This document shows, piece after piece, positions 9,819 through 20,039 of a DNA stretch of 64,000 bases (positions within the stretch are counted from its first letter, which is position 1; every line of letters starts with the position of its first letter). Source of the stretch: an uncultured Desulfospira sp. (GTDB lineage Bacteria; Desulfobacterota; Desulfobacteria; Desulfobacterales; Desulfobacteraceae); assembly GCA_963663165.1 (NCBI GenBank), contig OY760175.1, positions 5,376,001 to 5,440,000 on the forward strand. The letters run 5' to 3'. The position numbers and the translations under genes are program-made. The notes below the pieces were generated by a model, which did not search any database, was not told the origin of the DNA, and saw only the letters and a program-made list of their open reading frames with translations.

Positions 9819-12194
9819 TTGGCAAAATCAAAAGCGGAAAAACGCAAGCTCAAACGCAGGCAGAAGCAGGTGCAGGCCAGGCAGGTCAGGGCCGGGCAGG
9901 CCGCCGCAGACAAAGGGTGGTTTTATTATGAAGAAGCCTGCTATTATCATGATGTTCTAAATTTTCCCCAGGCGCTTAAATTTGTAAAAAAAGCGCTCAA
10001 GCTGCTCCCGAAAGAAGATAAGGTGATCCGCTTAATGGGGCAGATAGGCCTGTCTTCCCGCGACGACCAGGCCCAGCTGGATGCCTTTGACTGTCTTGAG
10101 AAAATCGAAGAATTACCGGATGAAATGCAGTTTGCCCGGGTTATTTTTTTGGTCAATCTGGAGAAATATGAACGCTGTCTGGAATTGGCTGAACCCCTGC
10201 TTCAAAACTTTAAACAGCTTAAAATTGACGACAAACGTGTAAAAAAGGCCACCATCAAAGATATCATCAGGCATTGTGAGCAAAGGGTGGCAGCGGACCG
10301 GGAGCGTGAAGACACCATCCGGCAGGTAAAAGAAATTTTAAGGCAGCAAACCCTTTTGGATGAAGCCCGCGCCAAACTCGGGGATGATATGGACGCCCCG
10401 GTTTCCCCAACACCTGAACCGCTGACGGGCCAGCCGGGTAAACGGAAAGCGCCTGAGAAACCGGCCTCGGTTCCTGTGACGGTAAACATTGACAAAGATG
10501 CCTTTGCCACGGCCCTGGCCGGGACACAAACCGTCGGCCCCGATCTGTATGAACTGGCGCTCATGAGTCATGAGATCCGGTTTGCGGAATCCTTTGAAAC
10601 CCTGATCTGCCTGCCGGGCTTAAGCGAAATCCAGTCCTTCTGGTATCAGGAGGAGACAGCCAAAAAAGTACTCAAGCAATTTCGGGGGCGGGCCCTGCTC
10701 TCGGATGAGGTGGGCTTGGGCAAAACCATTGAGGCACTGATCATCCTGTCGGAGTATTTGCGCCGGGGCATGGTGAAAACGGCGCTGATCCTGACACCGA
10801 CGCCGCTGGTCTCCCAGTGGCAGGCTGAGATGGCTTCCAAATTCAACCTCAAGGTACCGTCAACCGACAGTCCGGAATTCAAATCCGGGGATAAAAATTT
10901 CTGGGGCCAAAACCTTGTGGTGGCTTCCATCAACCAGGCAAAGTCAAAGAAAAACCAGGATCTGATCACCAGCCGGGAATATGACATGGTGATTGTTGAT
11001 GAGGCCCATCATCTGAAAAACAAATCCACGTTGAACTTCAAGCTGGTCAATGCCCTGAAGAAAAAATTTATCCTTTTGCTGACCGCCACGCCTGTGGAAA
11101 ACAACCTCATGGAGCTGTACAACCTGATCACCCTGCTTAAACCGGGGCAGCTTGAGACAGCCACCTCTTTCAGGGAACGGTTCATGAAGCGCGGCGACCC
11201 CACAGATCCGCAAAACAGGGAAATGCTCAAACATCTGCTAAGCCAGGTGATGATCAGAAACACCCGGGCCCTGGCAGGGATTCATATTCCGCCCAGGTTC
11301 GCCAGCACCATCCGCATTCCGCCCACAAAGGGCGAAACCGTTTTTTATGAACGGCTCCAGGTCCTTTTACACCGGCTTAACGATGAAAAAAAAGGGCAGG
11401 CCAAACTGATGATTAAAAATTTACTGGCCCAGGCCGGATCATCCCCCAAGGCTGTGGAAGCCACCCTGGACCGGATGCTTGCCAACCGGTCCTGGACACT
11501 GGAGATTGAAAATGAGATCAAAGCCGTTCGAAACCTGTGCCGGACAACGGTGGATACCCCTAAAAACATGGCCTTGCTCAGGCTGGTCAAGGCGGACAAA
11601 GAAAAGCTCATTGTCTTTGTAAAATACACGGCAACCCTGGAACATCTGTCGGAATTTCTGGAATGGAACAATGTGTCGTTTGTTCTTTTCCACGGCGGCA
11701 TGGCCAATGAGAAAAAAGATGCCGCCATCCAGGCGTTCAGGGACAACGTCCAGGTGCTGGTCACCACGGAAATCGGCGGAGAGGGGCGCAATATCCAGTT
11801 TTGTTCCCGGATGGTCAATTATGACCTGCCCTGGAACCCCATGAAAATTGAACAGCGGATCGGCCGAATCCACCGCATCGGCCAGGACAGGGAGGTGCAG
11901 ATTTACAACTTTTGCGCCCAGGGTTCCATTGAGGATTACATCCTGGACATTCTGGACCGGAAAATCAACATGTTCGAGATGGTCATCGGAGAGATTGACA
12001 TGATCCTGGGCCGGGTAAGAGGCGAAAAGGAATTTTCGGACATGGTCTGTGACATCTGGGTGGATTCACAAAGCCCGGAAGAGCGAAATCAGTCCTTTGC
12101 CAAACTGGGCACAAAACTGAAACGGGCCAAAACAGGGTACGAAAAAACAAGGGAACTGGACGGCAAGCTTTTTGGAGACAGCTATGAGCTATAA
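9819..12194 (+). CDS. SNF2-family helicase with N-terminal TPR-like region (YqhH-like)
   Basis: LSDEVGLGKT, VDEAHH, LTATP, GGEGRNIQ, YDLPWNPMKIEQRIGRIHRIGQ; GGAGG RBS before a TTG start. Confidence 0.92.
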   Translation: MAKSKAEKRKLKRRQKQVQARQVRAGQAAADKGWFYYEEACYYHDVLNFPQALKFVKKALKLLPKEDKVIRLMGQIGLSSRDDQAQLDAFDCLEKIEELPDEMQFARVIFLVNLEKYERCLELAEPLLQNFKQLKIDDKRVKKATIKDIIRHCEQRVAADREREDTIRQVKEILRQQTLLDEARAKLGDDMDAPVSPTPEPLTGQPGKRKAPEKPASVPVTVNIDKDAFATALAGTQTVGPDLYELALMSHEIRFAESFETLICLPGLSEIQSFWYQEETAKKVLKQFRGRALLSDEVGLGKTIEALIILSEYLRRGMVKTALILTPTPLVSQWQAEMASKFNLKVPSTDSPEFKSGDKNFWGQNLVVASINQAKSKKNQDLITSREYDMVIVDEAHHLKNKSTLNFKLVNALKKKFILLLTATPVENNLMELYNLITLLKPGQLETATSFRERFMKRGDPTDPQNREMLKHLLSQVMIRNTRALAGIHIPPRFASTIRIPPTKGETVFYERLQVLLHRLNDEKKGQAKLMIKNLLAQAGSSPKAVEATLDRMLANRSWTLEIENEIKAVRNLCRTTVDTPKNMALLRLVKADKEKLIVFVKYTATLEHLSEFLEWNNVSFVLFHGGMANEKKDAAIQAFRDNVQVLVTTEIGGEGRNIQFCSRMVNYDLPWNPMKIEQRIGRIHRIGQDREVQIYNFCAQGSIEDYILDILDRKINMFEMVIGEIDMILGRVRGEKEFSDMVCDIWVDSQSPEERNQSFAKLGTKLKRAKTGYEKTRELDGKLFGDSYEL

Positions 12195-13290
12195 TGAAAA
12201 TGACCGGGACCGAAATGACCGGAACAGGCATGAACACATTAACGCCATGGATTTTGCCTGCCGTTTTTTTAAAGCCCGGGGCGGGGTGGTGGAGGACCGG
12301 GGCCTGACCCGGGATATCCTGCTGCCCGAAGCGGCGGCCCGGACCCTTGGCATGGATGAATTTTTCCGGGTGGGGCCTGAAGATGTTGTGGAACAGGGCC
12401 GGTCAACGGTCCATGCCGTGCAGCTGCACACCCCGTTTCTTGACCGGATGCTTACCCTGGCAGGGGAATCTTCCCCGTTTGCCCGGGCTGAATTGAAATT
12501 TGACTATATCAAAACCCAGGGGTTTGACCGGCTCATTTCAGACCGGTTTCAATTCCACAAGTCCAAAGTCCGGGTGATGAAGACCGGCGAGGCAAGAACC
12601 CGGTATCTAATGCTTACCTGCCGGTACACGGCCCAAAGTGATGAGATAAAACAAGGCCTGGTGGAGATCTGCGTCAACCTGGATACCGGTGTGGTGATCC
12701 CGGACATGGCTGCCGGCATTTCCAATGTTCAAAAGGCATTCAGCGTCAAAACAGCCGGGGGGTTAAATGAAAAGGAAATTGAAGGGATCCGCAAGATTGT
12801 CTTCCGATATGGGCAGGACCTGGTAAAAGACCGGCTGGCCTCATTTGTTGAGAGCATGAACCGGCGGTTTCAAAGGGATACGGCAAGCCTTGAGGCATAT
12901 TACCAGGCACTTGAAACCGAGATGCGGCAAAATCTTGGCAGGACCGGACTTTCAAAGGACCTGATCAGGGAGCGGAAAGAAAAGATCGCCATGATTCCGG
13001 ACGAACTGGCAGCCAAGAAAAAAGACCTGCTCAACAAGTACGGCATCCGTATTGATTTTAAACCGGCCGCAGCCCTGCACCTGACCTGTGCCTGTGTAAC
13101 GGTGTTTGCCCGGCTCATATCCGGCCGCAGCCATACGGATTTTACCCTGACCTATAATCCCGTGACCAAGGACATGGACCCGGTGGCCTGCCGATCCTGC
13201 GGTGCCGGCACCTATGGCCTGGGACTGGCCCCCAACCGGCACATCACCTGCCCGGAGTGCCTGGGCCTGCATCTGACTTTTAACGAATAA
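12184..13290 (+). CDS. YqhG-like partner of the SNF2 helicase, with C-terminal Zn finger
   Basis: Overlaps the helicase stop; coiled-coil SLEAYYQALE...ELAAKKKDL; C-terminal CRSC...CPEC. Confidence 0.65.
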   Translation: MSYNENDRDRNDRNRHEHINAMDFACRFFKARGGVVEDRGLTRDILLPEAAARTLGMDEFFRVGPEDVVEQGRSTVHAVQLHTPFLDRMLTLAGESSPFARAELKFDYIKTQGFDRLISDRFQFHKSKVRVMKTGEARTRYLMLTCRYTAQSDEIKQGLVEICVNLDTGVVIPDMAAGISNVQKAFSVKTAGGLNEKEIEGIRKIVFRYGQDLVKDRLASFVESMNRRFQRDTASLEAYYQALETEMRQNLGRTGLSKDLIRERKEKIAMIPDELAAKKKDLLNKYGIRIDFKPAAALHLTCACVTVFARLISGRSHTDFTLTYNPVTKDMDPVACRSCGAGTYGLGLAPNRHITCPECLGLHLTFNE

Positions 13291-13296
13291 AGTTGA

Positions 13297-14508
13297 TCAA
13301 TACAAAAAACCAAACAAATGCAGGGGAATTTCATACCGTGATCCAAAAAGGATTCCATCCTTAACAAGAAACGCCTGGTCCAGGTTATCTTTTATCTGCT
13401 TTTTTTCCTTGTTTTTTCCCCCGATTTCAAAAAAAACACCGTTAACCTCAAAGTCGCCGGTTTCGCTGTAATGAATTTTGAAACCTGCATTTTTCAGCAT
13501 CCGGATAAAAAATATCTCCCTGACGGTTCCAAGCTGGGCGGCAAACCCTGTTTGGTCAACAACGGCTGCATAAATATCAGGATTATCCAGATAAATTTTC
13601 TCGGTCTGCTTGAGCAGGCCGCCACCGGATTTATTCTTTTTAAACAGCTCGGCAAGTCCGCTTTCATGCAGAATATTCAAATAATTGTTAACGGTTTTAT
13701 TATCCACACCCAGGTGCCCGGCAATGCTGTTCCGGTTCAGGGCCTCCGGCGGGACAGCACTAAGATAAGAGATGATTCGTTTAAAATAATGCAGATTTTC
13801 CGTTTTTAATTTGTAAAAGTTTGCGATATCCTCAAACACGGTTTTTTCCATTACCCTTAATATTTTCTGGTGATAGGTTTGCCTTCCTTCCAGATGAAAC
13901 GGGTAATACCCCTGCCCCAGGTAGGTCTTGAAATGGCCTTTAAGCCTATTGATTTCAGCAGTTTGTTCCTCAAGATCCAGGCGGTTGCCCAACAAAGACT
14001 CAAGCTGAACCGGGGCCATATCGGCAACCTGGTTAAACAGCAGGTACTCCCTGAATGACAACCCTTCAAGGCGGTAAAGCACCCCCCGCCTTGACAGGTC
14101 GTGGCTTTCCCTGACAAGATCAATGCTGGAACTTCCCGAAAAAACAATCCGGATCCCGGGATAGGCATCATAAATATTTTTCAGTTCCTGGCCCCAGTTG
14201 GCGTACTTATGGATTTCATCAAGGAAAAAAAAGTGGATTCCATACTCCTCAGACAGCTCACTGACAAACTCAATCAACAGCCGGTTTGAAAAATAGATAT
14301 GGTCCATTGAAACATAAATACAGTCATCCGGGTCCTGAATCTTTTCTTTGATATATTGAAGCAGGAGCGTGGTTTTCCCCGTTCCCCTGGGGCCGATCAG
14401 GCCTGTCAGCCGATTGTCCAGGTTAAAAGAATCAAAAAGATACCGGTGGTGGGGATATTGTGTAGCATTCAGCAGCCGCTTATAGGTCTGGATAAAATAA
14501 GGTATCAT
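13297..14508 (-). CDS. AAA_14 + DUF4143 ATP-binding protein
   Basis: GPRGTGKTT, FLDEIH, SGSSS, KIYLDNP, C-terminal D-F...EIG motif. Confidence 0.85.
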   Translation of the reverse strand: MIPYFIQTYKRLLNATQYPHHRYLFDSFNLDNRLTGLIGPRGTGKTTLLLQYIKEKIQDPDDCIYVSMDHIYFSNRLLIEFVSELSEEYGIHFFFLDEIHKYANWGQELKNIYDAYPGIRIVFSGSSSIDLVRESHDLSRRGVLYRLEGLSFREYLLFNQVADMAPVQLESLLGNRLDLEEQTAEINRLKGHFKTYLGQGYYPFHLEGRQTYHQKILRVMEKTVFEDIANFYKLKTENLHYFKRIISYLSAVPPEALNRNSIAGHLGVDNKTVNNYLNILHESGLAELFKKNKSGGGLLKQTEKIYLDNPDIYAAVVDQTGFAAQLGTVREIFFIRMLKNAGFKIHYSETGDFEVNGVFFEIGGKNKEKKQIKDNLDQAFLVKDGILFGSRYEIPLHLFGFLY

Positions 14509-14644
14509 TTGGAGTTCATTCCTGTTTTTTATTCATTTTTCTGGAGTGTACTCCAAATTATCCTGTTTTGCAATTCAAGAAGAAAATTTAAACGGTTACC
14601 TGCTGCCAAGGTCCTCAAAATTCTGTATCAGGTTTCTTGTCTCT

Positions 14645-14680
14645 TGACCAATCCTCTCTAATCGAGGCAATCGTTCTGAC
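14645..14680 (-). CRISPR. Orphan trailer-type CRISPR repeat (relic third array)
   Basis: tgaccaatcctctctaatcgaggcaatcgttctgac shares the core and the degenerate tgacc end with the trailer repeat of array 1 (43289-43324). Confidence 0.85.
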
Positions 14681-14727
14681 GCCGAACAAGATCCATGGAC
14701 GGCTTTGGAGTACGCATTTTATGGCCC

Positions 14728-15125
14728 CTATAGACTGATCTTTTGTCTCGCATGATTGGCCTCACCTTTTAAAATATCCTCGGAGATCAGGGAAAAGGCT
14801 TTTCCACAAGTTTGAAAATTCGGCGTGCTGATCCAGTTGATTGAGTTAAATTGTTCAACCGGAAACAGACGAAGCATCCGGCTGATTTCAATGGGGTCAA
14901 CCCAGAGGTCTTTTTCCCTTGCTTCGGTTACGACCTCTTTCCAGTTGAAATCATAGGCGTTTGAGATAAACAGGATGTCCGCATAATCCTTTGGTTCCAT
15001 CCGGCTCAGTGCGCACAGTTTGTTTGAAAGAATATTGCGCCAGTCGTCAATGTCCCCAAACCCTTCCCGATTGGTGATGCAGCCAAAATGAGCAGCCACA
15101 TCATTGACCATATCAATTTTCAGGG
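14728..15125 (-). pseudogene. C-terminal half of an AbiEii-like nucleotidyltransferase (N-half at 36367-36664)
   Basis: LKIDMVND...NKLCALSRMEPKDYADI; joins in frame to 36367-36664 across the duplicated TTTTCAGGG. The ORF-track N-terminus is IS sequence. Confidence 0.9.
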
Positions 15126-15253
15126 GGGTGCAATCCCATTTAGTGGCATGAACTGACATGTATCCAATTTTTCCGTTTTTCATGCTGCATTGAATACTCT
15201 GCCCTCCCAAAAAAAGCTGGACTCCTGGCTCATGAAAGGTTATATAGATTTGC

Positions 15254-16126
15254 ATGAGCAGGACTTTAACCATTCAAGGACGTGAATTTTCAGAAGTTGA
15301 TATACAAACGATACGCCATTTGATTAACGACAATCCCGCCTGGCACCGCACTCGTTTATCCAAAGAATTGTGTGCTCGCTGGGATTGGCGCACGGAAAAA
15401 GGTCTGCTCAAGGACATGGCCTGTCGAAGCATGCTGAGAAAACTTGAGCAAAAAGGGATGGTCACACTTCCCGTTGCCCGTCATAGCGGTAACCGTCAGC
15501 GGCGTATTCCCGATGTCCCCCATGATTGTAAGCCGATAGAAACCACTTTGCGTAAGATCCGCCCGATACAATTGATACCGGTATCGGGCCGTGGAGATAT
15601 TGATGATTTATTCCATTGCCTTATGGATCGACATCATTACCTTGGGTGTAAAGGGTATGTCGGAGAACATATGAAGTATATGGCTTTTGATCGCAATTCT
15701 CGTCCGGTTGCCTGCCTGCTTTTTGGCTCAGCAGCATGGAAAACGGCCCCTCGTGACCGATTCATCGGTTGGGATAGGTCGGCTCGTCGCAGGAACCTGC
15801 ATATGACGACCAACAATACCCGATTTTTGATTTTGCCATGGATTCGAATTCCCCATCTTGCCAGTCATATTCTGGGTTCATGTCTTAGGCGGCTGAGCCG
15901 GGACTGGACAGCTAAATATGGTCACGATATCTGTCTGGTAGAAACTTTCGTGGATCGATCACGCTTTGCCGGAACTTGCTACCAGGCGGCAAATTGGCAA
16001 AAAATTGGTCAAAGCAAAGGGCGAAGCCGTCAAGACAGGCACCACAGACTTCAGGTGCCGATAAAAGACATCTATGTATACCCGTTGACTTCCAATTATA
16101 AAAAGCAGCTATGCACACAAACTTGA
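15254..16126 (+). CDS. DUF4338 (Druantia DruA-like) protein
   Basis: HHYLG, RDRFIGW, NNTRFLILPW, ETFVD...GTCYQAANW. Confidence 0.85.
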   Translation: MSRTLTIQGREFSEVDIQTIRHLINDNPAWHRTRLSKELCARWDWRTEKGLLKDMACRSMLRKLEQKGMVTLPVARHSGNRQRRIPDVPHDCKPIETTLRKIRPIQLIPVSGRGDIDDLFHCLMDRHHYLGCKGYVGEHMKYMAFDRNSRPVACLLFGSAAWKTAPRDRFIGWDRSARRRNLHMTTNNTRFLILPWIRIPHLASHILGSCLRRLSRDWTAKYGHDICLVETFVDRSRFAGTCYQAANWQKIGQSKGRSRQDRHHRLQVPIKDIYVYPLTSNYKKQLCTQT

Positions 16127-16183
16127 GGGTTTCAGTCATCGAAATGACAGGTAATTTTTCAACCTGCAATTCGAGGACTGATC

Positions 16184-17584
16184 ATGAAACTTGCTTCCAC
16201 TATAAGGGATATTCGAACCCTTCTAACAAAAGCCGTAGCTGATTTCCAAAACCATCAAAATGCTAATATCCTGTGTGAGCAGGTACGGAACGGCCTCTTC
16301 ATTATTGTGGAAGCATTTCTGATTCCCGTCATTGAAAAGGCACTGTCTGACCCGGATCTTTTATCTGAACTGAAAATTGGTGCCGGTAAAAAGGGACTGC
16401 GTTTCAACGGATACCGCCCCAGCAGCATTCGATTATTGACAGGAACTACCCTGAGCATCCGATCCCCTTACTTTTCAAAAGTTGTTTCCAAACAACGGCC
16501 AGGCCCTAAAACAAAAAAACGACAAAAGGGGACAGGCCGCCATTTTGGGCTTGATTACCTTGGTTTTATCGGCAGGTGTTCAACGCTGTTCGCTTCGTCG
16601 GTGGTCCATGCAGCATTGCTCTGTCCCTCTTTTGAAATTGCCCGAAGATCCCTGGAAAACCATGCAATCAACTTAAATGTCAAAACCATACGCCGCATAA
16701 CAATGAATCTTGCACAGGAAGCTATGCCCCTGCGTGGCCGGGTATCTTTTGGAGATACTGATCGCGTTGGTGGCAAAACGGTTCTGGTTTGTATCGACGG
16801 CGGTCGCCTTCGAGAACGGAGGCCAAAACGGGGACGTAAATCAAAAGGCCAAAAGCGGCAGGGATATCATACTGAATGGAAAGAACCCATTCAGTTTGTC
16901 ATACATATTGTCGATCCGGACGGCACAATATCCAAAAAACACTTGCCGGTTTATGATGCCACAATGGGCGGTATTGATGCCGCTTTTGATATTCTTGAGA
17001 TCTACTTGCGTGAATTAGATATTCCCAAAGCCAAGCGTGTTGTTTTCTGCTGTGACGGTGCACGTAGCTATTGGAAGCGAACAGGCCCGCTGGCCAAACG
17101 GCTTGAAATCGAATCCTATTATGAGGTAATCGACTACACCCATGCAAAACAGAATTTACATGAAATCGTGGACAAATTGCCAAAGAGAATCCCTATAAAA
17201 GAAAGAAACCGGATAGCAGAATCTTGGAAGAACCTCCTTTGGGATGGCAGATTCAAAGACCTTAGAAAAGAAATTGTAAAACACATTACGTACCCTAAAA
17301 GGCGCATAGAAGCACTATCCAAATTTAAAAGTTACTTCGTGAAAAATCGAAACAGAATGCAGTATCGCCAGTTCCGCAGCCTGAAAATACCTACTGGCAG
17401 CGGCTGTGTTGAAAGTGCAATACGTCGGGTTATAAATCTCAGAATGAAATCACCGGGTATATTCTGGAAACCGGAAACATCCGAATCAATGTTGTTCTTA
17501 AGGAGTCAGCTCCTTTCCGGGAGGTGGAACATCTTGACTGACAATATCTTCATACAAATTCGGTCACTTTGCTTAGGCCACTAA
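16184..17584 (+). CDS. DDE transposase (ISKra4/ISLre2-like)
   Basis: CIDGG, CDGA..W, IDYTHA, GSGCVESAIRRVINLRMK. Confidence 0.88.
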   Translation: MKLASTIRDIRTLLTKAVADFQNHQNANILCEQVRNGLFIIVEAFLIPVIEKALSDPDLLSELKIGAGKKGLRFNGYRPSSIRLLTGTTLSIRSPYFSKVVSKQRPGPKTKKRQKGTGRHFGLDYLGFIGRCSTLFASSVVHAALLCPSFEIARRSLENHAINLNVKTIRRITMNLAQEAMPLRGRVSFGDTDRVGGKTVLVCIDGGRLRERRPKRGRKSKGQKRQGYHTEWKEPIQFVIHIVDPDGTISKKHLPVYDATMGGIDAAFDILEIYLRELDIPKAKRVVFCCDGARSYWKRTGPLAKRLEIESYYEVIDYTHAKQNLHEIVDKLPKRIPIKERNRIAESWKNLLWDGRFKDLRKEIVKHITYPKRRIEALSKFKSYFVKNRNRMQYRQFRSLKIPTGSGCVESAIRRVINLRMKSPGIFWKPETSESMLFLRSQLLSGRWNILTDNIFIQIRSLCLGH

Positions 17585-17732
17585 ATGGGAATGCACCCCT
17601 TCGATTATTGAAATCCCTTGGAAATTTTCTGCCCGGTCTTACCGGTTCTATAGTCCTGACAAAGGATAGGAACTTGCTTTTTACCAAGCAAGATATAACA
17701 AAAGTTGAAAATATGATCAAGAGCTGGAATAT

Positions 17733-17784
17733 GGCCCCAACAGGGAACGGCTACAACATGTTGTAGCCGTTCCCTGTTGGGGCC
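17733..17784. repeat. Perfect 52-bp palindrome
   Basis: ggccccaacagggaacggctacaacatgttgtagccgttccctgttggggcc is its own reverse complement. Confidence 0.95.
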
Positions 17785-17932
17785 TCGTCGCCTTAACGGT
17801 TGTTTGAAATAAAAAGAATCCTTGAAGAGAAAAATAAGAATTGGGCCTTTGTGTTATTGAAAAAGTGCTAAACAGCTATTTTTTAGGCCATTTTTGAGCA
17901 TACCCCACCGGAAATCCCCTAAAGCATCAAAA

Positions 17933-18650
17933 TTAATGCCAGCCACTGACAGGGATTTGAGAGTCAGAAAAGTCATAAACCAAATCAGGAATAAAATCGG
18001 AAATAGCTGATTCCGGCGGATCATGGTTGCGTATATCCCAAAGTCCAAGATGACGTAAAATTTTTTCGATAAGGTATAGCTCCTCAATGAAGGCTACTAT
18101 TTTCATGGAACCCTCGCATTTGGGGCATATAAGAGGATCAACCTCATAAATTTTCTGGATTAACCGTGCCCAATTCTGCTTGGCTTCCTTAGAAGATAGC
18201 GTGTTTGGCATGATTGTTGGAATTGTCTCGTCAGCCTCAGCCTTTTTTCTCATTCCCCTGGATTTGTTAGAAAAGTGACCGTAGTATCTTACCGTATGCT
18301 CATATCTTTCTGGGATATGTGTCACCAGCCGAGCCAACCAATCCAAAGCATTAAAAGCTTCCTGACTTTTCCTGTCTTTTGATGTATAAACCACCTTGGC
18401 AATACCATCTGATGCTTCTTCAGCAGGGATATATACCATTCGTTCCTGACTGAAACATGCACGTATGATGTAGCGGGCCAGATTGCCAAGGCCTGCTTTA
18501 TCATCAGGTTCAATTTTGTCTCCAATATAAACACTAAACCCGGAATGATGCCAGGAAAGCATGTTTTCAATGATATCATCATTAATTTCCCCCTCTTTCT
18601 TGAGCATTTTCAGTACTTCATACCGAAATGCTTCTTTATACCTCCTGGCA
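17933..18650 (-). pseudogene. IS91-family transposase, C-terminal fragment
   Basis: SWHHSGFSV, LARYIIR, HIP...VRYYGHFSN, WARLIQKIYEVDPLICPKC. Confidence 0.85.
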
Positions 18651-18861
18651 TTCTCATGCAAACGCAGACAATTCTGTCCCTCCTGCCATCAAAAACGGGT
18701 TGTGGAATACGGCGAGTGGCTGCTTTCAAATGTACTCAAGGATGTGCACCACCGGCAGTGGGTGTTCAGCATCCCCAAACGGCTGCGGATCTATTTTCTC
18801 TTTGACCGGAAGCTCTTGGCTAAGTTGTCTGTATGCGCCTGGAACGTCATCAAAAGGTATC
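18640..18861 (+). pseudogene. IS91-family transposase, N-terminal Zn-binding fragment, inverted relative to the C-terminal part
   Basis: AFSCKRRQFCPSCHQKR...HRQWVFSIPKRLR. Confidence 0.8.
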
Positions 18862-19013
18862 GGGTGCATTCCCATTTAGTGGCCTAAGCAAAGTGACCGA
18901 ATTTGTATGAAGATATTGTCAGTCAAGATGTTCCACCTCCCGGAAAGGAGCTGACTCCTTAAGAACAACATTGATTCGGATGTTTCCGGTTTCCAGAATA
19001 TACCCGGTGATTT
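18862..19013 (-). mobile_element. Isolated inverted right end (~150 bp) of the ISKra4-like element
   Basis: Reverse complement of the last ~150 bp of 15126-17598, including the TIR. Confidence 0.9.
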
Positions 19014-19225
19014 GGTCCTGTCGGAATATCTTTCCGTGCGAACATTCTTCTATAAAAATGAGTATCGCAACGCCCTGTTTATCTCGAAAAAAGGAAACCG
19101 CCTGGCCGTTCGTACCATGGAGGACAACTTTAAAAAAATCGTTTTGAAATCCGGCCTGCAAACCCGGTTCAACGTATCCTGCCACACCCTGCGGCATTCT
19201 TTTGCTTCCCACCTCAATGATAAGG
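19014..19225 (+). pseudogene. Tyrosine recombinase (XerC/D-like) fragment
   Basis: ALFISKKGNRL...SCHTLRHSFASHL; cut by IS1634. Confidence 0.8.
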
Positions 19226-19409
19226 CTCACATTCCACACCCCTAACAGGGATATATCTGGAATTTTGAAATAAGATCTTTATCTGTTTGTTCAGTTGGTT
19301 AAGATTTCTGACTACCTTGAATAGAATTCACACACTGAATCGTATTTAGCCTAGATTTTTCTAGCAAGTTCTATTATGATCAGTCCTCAATGAAAAAACA
19401 GCCATTGAG

Positions 19410-19721
19410 GTGAGCATGAAAGATTTTCCCGCAGTTGATGGATTTACCGTTGAACATCTTCCGATTATTACAGCGTATGCCCAAAAAATAGGGATAGTTG
19501 ATATTATCAACACGCTTATTCCAACACAGATGGCTATTGATGCCGGCACAGTGATTCTTGGAATGGTTCTTGACACCCTGACCGGGAGAAGTCCCCTTTA
19601 TAAACTGGATAAATTTTTTGAACATCAGGACACCGAACTTCTTCTGGGCAAAGTGGTCGATCCATTAAGCTTTTCAGATTATACTGTTGGCCGAGTTCTG
19701 GATAGAATTCACGACTATGGG
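19410..19721 (+). pseudogene. IS1634 transposase, N-terminal part
   Basis: VEHLPII...GIVDIIN...GRVLDRIHDYG, ending at the insertion site. Confidence 0.85.
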
Positions 19722-19983
19722 TGTTATCGCCGGTGATCAAGGTCACCACCTTTGCCGGCAACGAACCGTCCCCACCTGTGATATATTGACTTGTCAGGGC
19801 TTTTCGCAGGTGTAATATTTGAGGGAAGATACCATTCTCATTTGTATCGATAATTTGCAACACAATCAGCTAAAACAAGATATATTAATGGAATAGCGCC
19901 ATAGCAATCAATTTGGTTGCAGTAAAGCACCTGCGGTTGGAAGAACACGCTCACCAACAGGCGTCAATCCCGATTTTGGAAGT

Positions 19984-20023
19984 AAAAAAGCCGGGTTTTA
20001 TACGAGGACGTATAAAACCCGGC
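19984..20023 (-). terminator. Rho-independent terminator after istB
   Basis: Hairpin gccgggttttatacg-agga-cgtataaaacccggc followed by a T run on the minus strand. Confidence 0.7.
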
Positions 20024-20039
20024 AGATGTGAAGAGATGG

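Larger units (their letters stand above)
15126..17598 (+). mobile_element. ISKra4/ISLre2-like IS with DUF4338 passenger gene, copy 1
   Basis: 22-bp terminal inverted repeats (TIRs) GGGTGCA(A/T)TCCCATTTAGTGGC; matches 33894-36366; flanked by TTTTCAGGG (left) and CTTCGATTA (right). Confidence 0.92.

Noticed and set aside
14728..15273. 181-aa ORF (and the 72-aa ORF at 33823-34041) as real genes
   Set aside because: Chimeras of IS left-end sequence and flanking DNA.
15254..16126. Druantia defence system
   Set aside because: Only a DUF4338 gene inside IS TIRs; no DruE helicase or other dru genes linked.
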